Origin: a virus | Lineage: Duplodnaviria; Caudoviricetes | IMG/VR virus record: IMGVR_UViG_3300017714_000006 | Coordinates: 1-61,722 of that record | DNA length: 61,722 nucleotides | Reading direction: 5' to 3' (one strand) | In this document: piece after piece, positions 17,512-26,150 of the stretch | Position numbering within the stretch: the first letter of the stretch is position 1 | How the letters are laid out: each line of letters begins with the position of its first letter | The notes under the pieces: generated by a model | Databases searched by the model: none | Told to the model about the DNA's origin: nothing | The model's input: only the letters and a program-made list of their open reading frames with translations | Program-made: the position numbers and the translations under genes

Positions 17512-20500
17512 TATGGATTGCCCTCATTTTCTGTTTCCCTTACTTGAAGTTCAAGTCGTTTCATTTCCTTTGCAATTTTTTCATCTAATACTTGTAATTG
17601 CGATTCCCAATCTACCGTCATGTCGGTATCATACTCGCCGTCGACCATCATTGGCCCATCATTATAAATTTCGTCTCTATAATCTTGTAATTCTTCTAAA
17701 GTCCACACTTCAGGAGCATTATTTTCAACTGTGGGTCCTGGACCATTATTTTCAATTGTAGTTTCATCTTGACTTGTTGTTTGTGTAGATGGTATTGCTG
17801 CTGTTAGCTCACCTGTGGTCATTGCAGTCATAAATTGATCTGCATAATTTGTTCTCTGTTTTAAATCAGCTATGCGTCCAGAACTTGTTGCTGTTTTTCC
17901 ATACACAACTTTATATACAGTATCCATATTGTCAAGATCATTTTTATACTTTTCCCACCACGGTAAACTAAAGTAAGCGGCACTTGCCGCTGCGGCAATA
18001 GTTGGATCCAACATTAGATCTGGATTACCAAAAAGATCTACTCCTATCATTTCTCCAACAAGTTTATAATTCTCCTCACCAGTTAATTGTATAAAGCCTC
18101 GTCCTCTGTAATCGTATCCACCTAGATCAGGATATACAGTATCAAAAAATTTCTTGGGATCTTTTTTTAACTTATCCAGTTCGTCATCTTTAATGTTTTC
18201 AGGTAAACGACTACCCATTACTTCTCTAATTCTTTCATTGGATGTGTTTGCATATGATTGTTCTGCAACCATTTTAAATGCTGACTCGCCTTGTATCATT
18301 CCTAGTATATTAGCTTGGGCTCTAACATCTACAATTCCTTGTGCTTTTAACTGTGCTAAAACTATACCTTGTAGTGTTGCTCCTTCACCATACGCATCAA
18401 GTTCATTACGCTTTTTTACCGTTGCTATCTTACTAAGTGAATTTCGTAACTCATCTAGATAGATAGTTTTTTGATCCATTTGTTCCGTTATGGCCGCAAG
18501 TTCATCTTCGAGTGGTTTTGTTTTCTTTAATGCATTGGCTAAATTTGCTTCAGCAATTGCTAGTTTAAGTTGTTCATCCTCAAAGTTGTCGCCTTTTGCT
18601 TTGGCTTTTTCTACTGCCGCCATTGCATCTTCTACAATATCCATTAAATTATCTGAAAAGAATTTGTTGTCTAAATTTAAAGACTTTTTTAACTTCTTAA
18701 GTTTAGATGCAACGTTATATGCGTTATTTTGATCTTCTTTTATCGAATCCCGTATGTCAAACGATTCTTTTATTGTTGATACTCTTAACTCCTCAACAGC
18801 ATTCTTTTGTGTTTTGTCATTGTATCCAATTTGAGTTGTTGTATCAATGTCGCCGGTGCCTCCAACACTTATTGTGCTATCACTGTATATTATTTTACTT
18901 GCGTCAGCATTGTCTTTGCCAAACACTTCAGAAGCTGACTGCGTAGAATGATCAAGTCCGAACATATCTCTCCAAAAGTCTGCAAACGTTCCTATTGAAC
19001 CTTCTAACACTCCCATTACTGATCCCATTGTTTCAAACCCTGGAGTAAATTCGTGTTGGGCTCTTAGAAATGCTTTACTCATTCCACCAACAATTTCAAT
19101 TGCATCATCGGCTCCATCTATACCATCTTGTGCTGCTAATAGTTTGGCTTTTATTTCTGCTTCTGTTCCCATAAAATAAGATTCTGGTATAAGTTGAACT
19201 GATGCTATTAATTTGTTAACTGCTACACTATCAGGATCAAGTCCTGCTAGTGTTGGTGAATCTTTTATTAATTTTATTAAACCTTGAAATCTACTGGCAG
19301 TTTCTGCTGGTGATTTTAAGTCACCTTTTGCACCATCTTCAAAAAAGGTCATAAAACCTTTAAACACTTCTGGATCTAATAGTTGTAATGTTTTTCTAAG
19401 TTGTTCGTCTTGTATATTATTAATTGCTGATTCATCAAACTGAATATCACTGGCTGTTCCAATAAACACATCCATTAACGCTGATGTCATTTCTTCGCCT
19501 AGTGTGGCACTACCTAGCATACTGATCCAATCAGCGGCTTCTCTTACATTTGAAGCTGCACCTTTCCCATATTTTTCTTCTAAGAATGCTGTGTTCTGAT
19601 TCATAGCTAATTGAAAATCATCATTTTCTCTTGCCATGTTTCTTGCTTGTAACATTGCACCTCGTTGCACACCTAATGTATCAGCAAGATACATACCCAT
19701 TTGATTTGCTGTTTGAAAACTTTCAATTACTTTATTTTGTTCAACTGAGTTTAGGTTATTGACTTCGTTGAGTTTGTATAACTGTTCTGTTTCTTCAGCT
19801 AACAATCCTGATAATTCTTTTGGTGAATATCCAAAATTCTTAACTTCTTTAATTCTACGAGGGTCTGTTAAAAAACCATGCATCATACCTTGCCCAGATA
19901 CCATGTCGCCACCAATACCTACCATCAGTGTTGCGGCATTTTGTGTCATTGCTGCATATTCACCTAATTTCATACCAGTGTCAACAGCATTTCTACGCAT
20001 GTGTGTATAGTTAGCAGTATCGCCTAGTGCCATTCCCATATCAATCATGCTTCTCATTTCTTTTTCTTGAGAAGCTATTACTTTGGCTACTACAGCACCT
20101 ACACCTGTTAATGCAACTGCGCCTCCTGTAAAGTATGAGGCTATCCAACCAGTTTTTGCGGTCTTTTTGCTCATGTTAGCTAGTCCTTTAGCAGAGGCGT
20201 GCATTGCTTCTGCACCTGCGCCTGCTAATTCAACCATTGATTCTAAACCTGTTTGTCCACCGCCGGTTATTGCTCTTCCAACTGTTCTTGTATTACTATT
20301 AATGCTATCTATACGTGCATTTATTTTTGCCTGGCGCCTGTCTAACTCTATTTTGACTTTTCTAATATTGCTTGTTAAGTCTTTTGCGGCTGTGACGCCA
20401 TTTAGTTGAGCAATAGCTGTAGCTAATGCTGTTGTTTTTATAGTGCTGGATCTAGATAATTCGGCCATTCTTTCCACAGTTTCTTCACTTGCCCATGGGT

Positions 20501-20549
20501 AAGATGAGTAAACTTGGTTCAAAATTCCTTGTATTTCTTCCGGGTCCAT
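17511..20549 (-). CDS. Tape-measure-like protein, paralogue A, with C-terminal GH19 (chitinase-like endolysin) domain
   Basis: PWASEET N-terminus and long helical body, then ANILGMIQGES...YRGRGFIQLTGEENY...GVDLFGNPDLM. Confidence 0.8.
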   Translation of the reverse strand: MDPEEIQGILNQVYSSYPWASEETVERMAELSRSSTIKTTALATAIAQLNGVTAAKDLTSNIRKVKIELDRRQAKINARIDSINSNTRTVGRAITGGGQTGLESMVELAGAGAEAMHASAKGLANMSKKTAKTGWIASYFTGGAVALTGVGAVVAKVIASQEKEMRSMIDMGMALGDTANYTHMRRNAVDTGMKLGEYAAMTQNAATLMVGIGGDMVSGQGMMHGFLTDPRRIKEVKNFGYSPKELSGLLAEETEQLYKLNEVNNLNSVEQNKVIESFQTANQMGMYLADTLGVQRGAMLQARNMARENDDFQLAMNQNTAFLEEKYGKGAASNVREAADWISMLGSATLGEEMTSALMDVFIGTASDIQFDESAINNIQDEQLRKTLQLLDPEVFKGFMTFFEDGAKGDLKSPAETASRFQGLIKLIKDSPTLAGLDPDSVAVNKLIASVQLIPESYFMGTEAEIKAKLLAAQDGIDGADDAIEIVGGMSKAFLRAQHEFTPGFETMGSVMGVLEGSIGTFADFWRDMFGLDHSTQSASEVFGKDNADASKIIYSDSTISVGGTGDIDTTTQIGYNDKTQKNAVEELRVSTIKESFDIRDSIKEDQNNAYNVASKLKKLKKSLNLDNKFFSDNLMDIVEDAMAAVEKAKAKGDNFEDEQLKLAIAEANLANALKKTKPLEDELAAITEQMDQKTIYLDELRNSLSKIATVKKRNELDAYGEGATLQGIVLAQLKAQGIVDVRAQANILGMIQGESAFKMVAEQSYANTSNERIREVMGSRLPENIKDDELDKLKKDPKKFFDTVYPDLGGYDYRGRGFIQLTGEENYKLVGEMIGVDLFGNPDLMLDPTIAAAASAAYFSLPWWEKYKNDLDNMDTVYKVVYGKTATSSGRIADLKQRTNYADQFMTAMTTGELTAAIPSTQTTSQDETTIENNGPGPTVENNAPEVWTLEELQDYRDEIYNDGPMMVDGEYDTDMTVDWESQLQVLDEKIAKEMKRLELQVRETENEGNP

Positions 20550-20582
20550 ACTATTTCCTATAATTAACTGGTATTTTAATTA

Positions 20583-20615
20583 GATAAATACATTTATACT
20601 ATAACAGTATTTATG
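20583..20615. promoter_or_regulatory. Face-to-face pair of late promoters driving divergent operons
   Basis: GATAAATAC on + (20583-20591) and CATAAATAC on - (20615-20607). Confidence 0.65.
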
Positions 20616-20625
20616 GAGATTAAAT

Positions 20626-21456
20626 ATGACAAATCCACTTATCCAGGCATATAGAAAGCCTGGAATGTATATTGCACTTCCAAGTGGTGGGAAGTATTAT
20701 AATACAAAGCCCAAACTTAGTGTAGACGGTGAATTAGCCATTTATAGCATGACTGCTAGAGATGAACTAGTTTCAAAAACACCTGATGCATTATTTAATG
20801 GCGAAGCCACGTTCAGCTTAATTCAAAGCTGTGCACCGGATATTGGCGATCCACAAGAAATGCCTGTTAACGATCTTATTGTTGTGCTAATTGCAATACG
20901 CATGGCAACATATGGTGATAGCATTGATGTTGACGTAAAATGTCCAGAATGTGATCATACAAACCAATTGAGTGTTAGCACTAACGCATTGTTATCTACA
21001 ATTAAAGAAAATAGTGCAAGTGATAAAGTAACACTTGATAATAAATTTGTAATTAAATGTAAGCCTTATAATTTAGCAGACAGAACAAAATTGCAAATAC
21101 AACGTATCAAACAACAAAAGTTAATTCAAAACTTGGGCGATGCAGCACTAACCGATGAAGAACGTCAAATTAGATTTGGCGAAACGTTTATTGAGATTGC
21201 AGACTTAACTGTAAGTCTTATTGCAAATGCAATATTACAGGTTCAGCCACCTGAAGGTGAAACTGTTGAGGATAAACTTTTAATACTTGAATGGTTAAAA
21301 AGTATCACAAAAACAGACTACGATCAAATTAGACTATGTGTTGAAGGACTTAGTGATAATGGAGTTGATACGAAGTTTGCGGCAGAGTGCATCGAATGTA
21401 AACATACTTGGAATACTAATATAGATTTAGATATTGCAAATTTTTTCGCGGGTTGA
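20626..21456 (+). CDS. Baseplate hub subunit (T4 gp26-like)
   Basis: YIALPSGG, MTARDEL, LIAIRMATYG and two CxxC motifs (CPEC, CIEC), ending NFF. Confidence 0.75.
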   Translation: MTNPLIQAYRKPGMYIALPSGGKYYNTKPKLSVDGELAIYSMTARDELVSKTPDALFNGEATFSLIQSCAPDIGDPQEMPVNDLIVVLIAIRMATYGDSIDVDVKCPECDHTNQLSVSTNALLSTIKENSASDKVTLDNKFVIKCKPYNLADRTKLQIQRIKQQKLIQNLGDAALTDEERQIRFGETFIEIADLTVSLIANAILQVQPPEGETVEDKLLILEWLKSITKTDYDQIRLCVEGLSDNGVDTKFAAECIECKHTWNTNIDLDIANFFAG

Positions 21457-21698
21457 TAGCATCTCGACAACCCAAAGATATTGCTGAACTTGTAGACAAC
21501 TACAACAAACAGCTAGACGCAACTGAAGCCAGCTATTTAGATATAATAATCAAATCGGGAGGCTTGTTAACATACAAAGATGTTATGACAATGCCTGTTG
21601 GCTCGTTGACAAAGTTTGTTGAAAGATATAATGTATACACTGAAGATCAGAATAACCAAATGAAAGCCGCACAGGCTCAGGCTAAAGGTAGAAGATAA
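21453..21698 (+). CDS. Baseplate hub assembly protein (gp51-like)
   Basis: 81 aa, TTG start overlapping the previous stop; GGLLTYKDVMTMP; gene order. Confidence 0.5.
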   Translation: MIASRQPKDIAELVDNYNKQLDATEASYLDIIIKSGGLLTYKDVMTMPVGSLTKFVERYNVYTEDQNNQMKAAQAQAKGRR

Positions 21699-22142
21699 TT
21701 ATTGATCTAGCATTATAGATTTATAATACTCTGCAGGCCAACTATCATAATAAGATGTTCTATGCAATGATGCTCTGCGTCTAAGTAACTCAGCTCTTAT
21801 TTGAATTAAAATCACATTAGATACATTTTGAACAAAATGACCAGAAGTCTTAGTGCTATGCAAATACATTAAGTCTGGATTAAGTTCTTTCATAGTAGTC
21901 AAGTCAACTTTAGTTACATCTACTTTATCACCAAAGTAACATACACCTACCATTTTTACTCTAGGATCAAACTCAAGCATAGCATCAGGGTTAGGACCAC
22001 TGCAATCTATAAATTGTATTTTTTCTTGAACTCTGGCAGTTTTTGCATAAGGACAAGTAGGATACCCGTCATCCTTGTTTACTTCTAACTTGGTAATCAT
22101 CCATTCTGTGAAGTCTTTTTTGAATTGTTCAAATTTGCTCAT
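21699..22142 (-). CDS. Hypothetical protein with CPYA motif
   Basis: 147 aa; W..KL......PTCPYAK and C-terminal YYDSWP. Confidence 0.6.
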   Translation of the reverse strand: MSKFEQFKKDFTEWMITKLEVNKDDGYPTCPYAKTARVQEKIQFIDCSGPNPDAMLEFDPRVKMVGVCYFGDKVDVTKVDLTTMKELNPDLMYLHSTKTSGHFVQNVSNVILIQIRAELLRRRASLHRTSYYDSWPAEYYKSIMLDQ

Positions 22143-22180
22143 AGCTATTCATTTATCCATTTGATGTTGTTTTATATTTC

Positions 22181-22630
22181 GATGTCTTACGACATCATGA
22201 TTATCGTATTGCTATCGCAATACTCAATCAGTTTTTTAATTGTTTATAATATCTATAAACAGTAAAAACTTATTAACTACTATGTTATTTATTATGATCT
22301 ATTTCCCTGATTTTTTATTCACACTTAGCTTGTTACAGCCAAGTGCAAAATAAACTTTAACTATTTCCCGTCAAGAATACCCACTCGTTATAGTAAAACC
22401 TTTTTAGCACAAGGTAGTGGCGGTTATGCGATACCACTTTACATACTGCTTATTAACGCAGAAACACTCTAAGCCATAACGACGACTTTTGAGCTATCCG
22501 TAAGTTCCAATTGTCAGGAGAGCTTACTCATTTTGGTTTGTCAAACCATGCATTGACTAAGGCACACCAGTTCCAGTCACGTGATTACGTAACTTCAAGG
22601 TGAGTCGACCTACGCCGACCAAACGAAGCC
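22181..22630 (-). ncRNA. Candidate large structured non-coding element (ncRNA or replication origin)
   Basis: No long ORF; at least 9 hairpins plus a long-range helix. G-T pairs form on the minus strand. Confidence 0.5.
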
Positions 22631-22639
22631 ATGTGAGCC

Positions 22640-22669
22640 TGTGTTAGTTTTGTGTTAGTTTTGTGTTAG
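22640..22669. repeat. Three TGTGTTAG copies with 11-bp periodicity
   Basis: Copies at 22640, 22651 and 22662. Confidence 0.9.
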
Positions 22670-22670
22670 C

Positions 22671-23216
22671 CTAAAAGGGATTATGCCCTGTGCCTTTAAT
22701 AGCAAACTTTTCAAGTGTTTCTAAGTTTTCTTTATTTTTCATAAAATCGTCCCAGAAAGTAATTCTCCAGGAACCATATTTTGGTGAGCCATAAGTTACT
22801 CCACGAGCTGTAAATAAAAATCTTTGCAACTCTGAAGGGAATGCCAAATAAATGCCTTTGCGATTAAACTTCATAAACAATATGTCTAAGTCGTTTTCAT
22901 CATGTGCGTCTAGTGTTTGTTCGAGCCATTGTTCTAATAGTGGTATTGGTTTTTCTTGTAGTAAATGATGAAAAGGGAAATCTGCATAGTTCTTACACTC
23001 GCAGTTGAAATAGTTCCAATGATCAGGTGGAATGATGTCCCCTTTAAATGCCTTGATTTGATTTTCCGTAAGTGTGCTCTTACGCACAGCGTTTTGGCCT
23101 CCGACAAATGCTCCGCTGTGAGGAACACGTTCAAAGTTGTCGTTGTATAATTCGGAAAGGATATTACAAACTTCTCGTTCGAATCCCTTACCTTTTGTCT
23201 TGCTCTTGCTTGCCAA
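22671..23216 (-). CDS. Holliday junction resolvase (PD-(D/E)xK, Hjc-like)
   Basis: KSKTKGKGFEREV, SGA, GDII, ECKNY; TTG start; adjacent to gp46/gp47. Confidence 0.8.
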   Translation of the reverse strand: MASKSKTKGKGFEREVCNILSELYNDNFERVPHSGAFVGGQNAVRKSTLTENQIKAFKGDIIPPDHWNYFNCECKNYADFPFHHLLQEKPIPLLEQWLEQTLDAHDENDLDILFMKFNRKGIYLAFPSELQRFLFTARGVTYGSPKYGSWRITFWDDFMKNKENLETLEKFAIKGTGHNPF

Positions 23217-23334
23217 TTTCTGTTTCTTTTTTTAGTTTTTGCAAAATGTCGTGTCCAACTAATTGTTCATTTATTTTATTAGTTGGCCAAAAATCACCCT
23301 GCCATTCTTCACTTATATCTGCGTGATCACGCAT
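23188..23334 (-). CDS. Small 48-aa ORF bridging gp46 and the resolvase (not in the ORF track)
   Basis: MRDHADISEEWQGDFWPTNKINEQLVGHDILQKLKKETEIGKQEQDKR; its start overlaps the gp46 stop and its end overlaps the resolvase start. Confidence 0.5.
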   Translation of the reverse strand: MRDHADISEEWQGDFWPTNKINEQLVGHDILQKLKKETEIGKQEQDKR

Positions 23335-25102
23335 CAATAACTTCTAACTCTACGTTAAAAGTAGTGAAGCCGTTTTCTTTAGTAACTTGTAAAACATTGT
23401 CAACTCTACCTACTAGTTCATCTCTGTGACTAATAAGCAAAATGTTTTTATGTCTTTCTCGTTCCATCTTCTTTAATACACCTAATGCACTTTCAACACC
23501 AATTGTATCCATTCCGCTATCAACTAATTCATCAATACAAATCAAGTTAATAGGATGATTCATACTTTCAAATACATCACGGAAGCTCCAACTGAGTCCA
23601 AGTATAAGTCGATTACGTTCACCTCTACTTAAATTATCAAAATCTAAGTCTTGTCCTAACTGTGTAATAGTTACAGTTAAGTCACTTTGAAATTGAACCT
23701 CATGCGGTAAACCTAATCTAGTGATATAATACTCTAATCGAGTATTTAAGAACTGCAAGTTCTGTTCAATAATTTTCTTACGAACGAAGCTATCTTTGTT
23801 AGTAAGTAGCTTCAATAGAAAGTCTTGATGCTCCTTGAGTTCGTTAAGTCTATTTACCTCCGACCAGTCAACTTCCTGCAAACCAGTGTCTTTTAATGCG
23901 GTTATTTGATCATCATACGGATTTATCTCTTCTTTTATACGAATTAGTTCAGAATCTGCTGAACTAAGTTTGTTCTGATGATCATATGCTTCTTTAACAC
24001 TATTGTAATGCATTGTTGGTGCTTTGTCAAGTGGTCCTATATCATTTAATGCATTATTATACTCATCAATCTTAAGATTATAATCATCTATATGCTCTTG
24101 ACTTTCTGCTACTGCTTCTGTTTTTTGTTTAACAATTTCTTCATGTTTCTCATCATGTAGTTCTTGTCCACACGCATAACATTTATGATCTAACGTATCG
24201 TTTAGGTCTTTTTGTGCTTTATCTAAGCGTTTTTGTTCTCTATCTTTAGTGCTGGTTAGTCTTGCTATCTCAACATTTAAAGTATCTATTTGTGATTTTT
24301 TTGTATTAAATTCTTCAAACTCTGAATGTGCTTTTAGCTCTATATCAATATCAATGTGTCGCAGGTTTAATAGTTCAGTTTCAAGCGATTGGATGTCTGT
24401 ATCACGTTTACCTTCCCACACACTTTTTCTGCGTTCTAAGTCTGCAATACTTTTGCCTATACGCTCGTTTGCTTCTTCTGTTCCTTTGATACGATATGTT
24501 TCTTCTGTTATTTTGTCTTTACTTAACTTTGTAAGTTCTTTTAGTATCTCAGCTTTTTCACTTAGCTTAGTAATACCAAGTAGCTGTTCAATCATGTCAC
24601 GTTGATCAGTTGCCCGCATACTAAGGAAAGGTTCTGTGTAAGTGTTTAGTGCAACAATGTGTTTAAACATTGTATGACTCATTCCAATCACACGTTCAAT
24701 TACACGTTGACTCTCACGTCCTTCGCCCTGCATTTCATCAGTGATTTCTCCATCACTGCCAGCACCATTAACAAGAAATTTAAAAATGTTTGGCTTACGT
24801 CCACGCTCTACACGATACTCAGTTCCATTCATTTCAAAGTCAACAGTAACTAACATACCTTTGTTGTTTGTTTTGTTAACTAAATTATCTTTCTTAATAT
24901 TATATAATGCGTTGCCAAACAATGCATAACTTAATGCATTAATAATTGTTGTCTTACCTGTTCCATTACGTGAGCCATCTCCGCCCAAGTCCATATTGTT
25001 ACCTAACACAAGTGTTAGACCTGCATTGTCAAAGTGAACAGCCTGTGTGACATTGCCAACACTCATAAAGTTTCTTACGGTGATATTCTTAATTCTCAGC
25101 AT
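23327..25102 (-). CDS. gp46: Recombination ATPase, Rad50/SbcC-like
   Basis: Walker A NGTGKTT, zinc hook CYAC, signature LSRGE, Walker B ICIDE, ISH. Confidence 0.95.
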   Translation of the reverse strand: MLRIKNITVRNFMSVGNVTQAVHFDNAGLTLVLGNNMDLGGDGSRNGTGKTTIINALSYALFGNALYNIKKDNLVNKTNNKGMLVTVDFEMNGTEYRVERGRKPNIFKFLVNGAGSDGEITDEMQGEGRESQRVIERVIGMSHTMFKHIVALNTYTEPFLSMRATDQRDMIEQLLGITKLSEKAEILKELTKLSKDKITEETYRIKGTEEANERIGKSIADLERRKSVWEGKRDTDIQSLETELLNLRHIDIDIELKAHSEFEEFNTKKSQIDTLNVEIARLTSTKDREQKRLDKAQKDLNDTLDHKCYACGQELHDEKHEEIVKQKTEAVAESQEHIDDYNLKIDEYNNALNDIGPLDKAPTMHYNSVKEAYDHQNKLSSADSELIRIKEEINPYDDQITALKDTGLQEVDWSEVNRLNELKEHQDFLLKLLTNKDSFVRKKIIEQNLQFLNTRLEYYITRLGLPHEVQFQSDLTVTITQLGQDLDFDNLSRGERNRLILGLSWSFRDVFESMNHPINLICIDELVDSGMDTIGVESALGVLKKMERERHKNILLISHRDELVGRVDNVLQVTKENGFTTFNVELEVIDA

Positions 25103-25109
25103 GTTATTC

Positions 25110-26132
25110 CTAATTGCTCAATCCCTGATAAATGTCAATTAACATTTGTTTCTTAATAGTTTCACTTTGCACAGATTCTAATTGTGATAATACAATTGTA
25201 TCTACATTTTCTACTTCTATGTCTACGCCCTGTTGCCAATCATTTGTGTGTTCTTCTTTTTTACTTGGTATCAAACTAATTTCACGTAAGTCGTATTGTT
25301 TAGCAAATGTTTCTTTAATAAAGTTTGCTTCTTCATATGTAATGCCTACGTCAAGTGCCACACGAGCATATGTTTTGTCTGCCAGATACTTTTCTGGTTC
25401 ATCAATAAGTTTACTTAAAGATAGTGTTCTATACTTTGGTGCATCAGGCCATGCTTGATAATCAATAGTGCCATCCCAATCAAGGAACATACAACCTCTG
25501 TCATCATCCCACGCATCAGCAAAGTTATGAGGGAAGCAGTTACCTGGATAAATTACATTACCTTTCTTCTGTCGCTTATGAAAGTGTCCACTAAAAACCA
25601 TTTCTGGTTTTGCTAAATCTTCTGCTTTTAGTCCACCATGGTCTGGCATTTGAACTAGTGCATTCATATAAAACTGTGGAAGCTCAAAATGTCCGAACAT
25701 AAATTTACATTTTACATCTCTAACTTTTTTCCATTCGTCATCTACTAACCAAGGAATAAAAGCAACATCATCTTCAATTAACATAGTATCATTTACAATA
25801 CGTATGTTAGGATATTCCTTGCCCATTGGAATACTATGTATTTCTCGTTTCTCTCTGTAATATAAATCATGGTTGCCCATAATCATAATAACTTCTTCAA
25901 AGTTATCGTTGAGTCTACGTAAATTACTTACTGTATAGTTTAGTGTGCTTACATTAATTGTCGCCCTATGATGATGCCAATCACCTAAGAAGAAACATTT
26001 TTTAATTCCTCTTTTGTGTGCTTCATCTATCATCCATATGATAAAATCTTCGCAATCTTGATTATGTAAACGTGAATTGTTTTTATTACCTAAATGTATG
26101 TCAGTGAATATTACTGCCTTGTCAAATAGCAT
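25110..26132 (-). CDS. gp47: Recombination nuclease, Mre11/SbcD-like
   Basis: Metallophosphoesterase motifs DIH, GD, GNHD, GH, SGHFH. Confidence 0.95.
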   Translation of the reverse strand: MLFDKAVIFTDIHLGNKNNSRLHNQDCEDFIIWMIDEAHKRGIKKCFFLGDWHHHRATINVSTLNYTVSNLRRLNDNFEEVIMIMGNHDLYYREKREIHSIPMGKEYPNIRIVNDTMLIEDDVAFIPWLVDDEWKKVRDVKCKFMFGHFELPQFYMNALVQMPDHGGLKAEDLAKPEMVFSGHFHKRQKKGNVIYPGNCFPHNFADAWDDDRGCMFLDWDGTIDYQAWPDAPKYRTLSLSKLIDEPEKYLADKTYARVALDVGITYEEANFIKETFAKQYDLREISLIPSKKEEHTNDWQQGVDIEVENVDTIVLSQLESVQSETIKKQMLIDIYQGLSN

Positions 26133-26150
26133 ACTTAGTCTTACCTCTGT

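Noticed and set aside
380-20409. Many plus-strand ORFs in the track (e.g. 380-751, 2115-2552, 7359-7838, 11021-11797, 15192-15674)
   Set aside because: They are antisense shadows of well-supported minus-strand genes, Ser/Val-rich and without recognisable motifs.
22640-22669. Mini-CRISPR array
   Set aside because: The units are only 8-11 bp, there are no unique spacers, and there are no cas genes.
22143-22670. Group I intron, tmRNA, RNase P, tRNA or retron msr-msd as the identity of the structured region
   Set aside because: No interrupted gene, no P7/R-S core, no tRNA-like ends or RNase P signature recognised, and no reverse transcriptase in the window. A covariance-model search is still needed.
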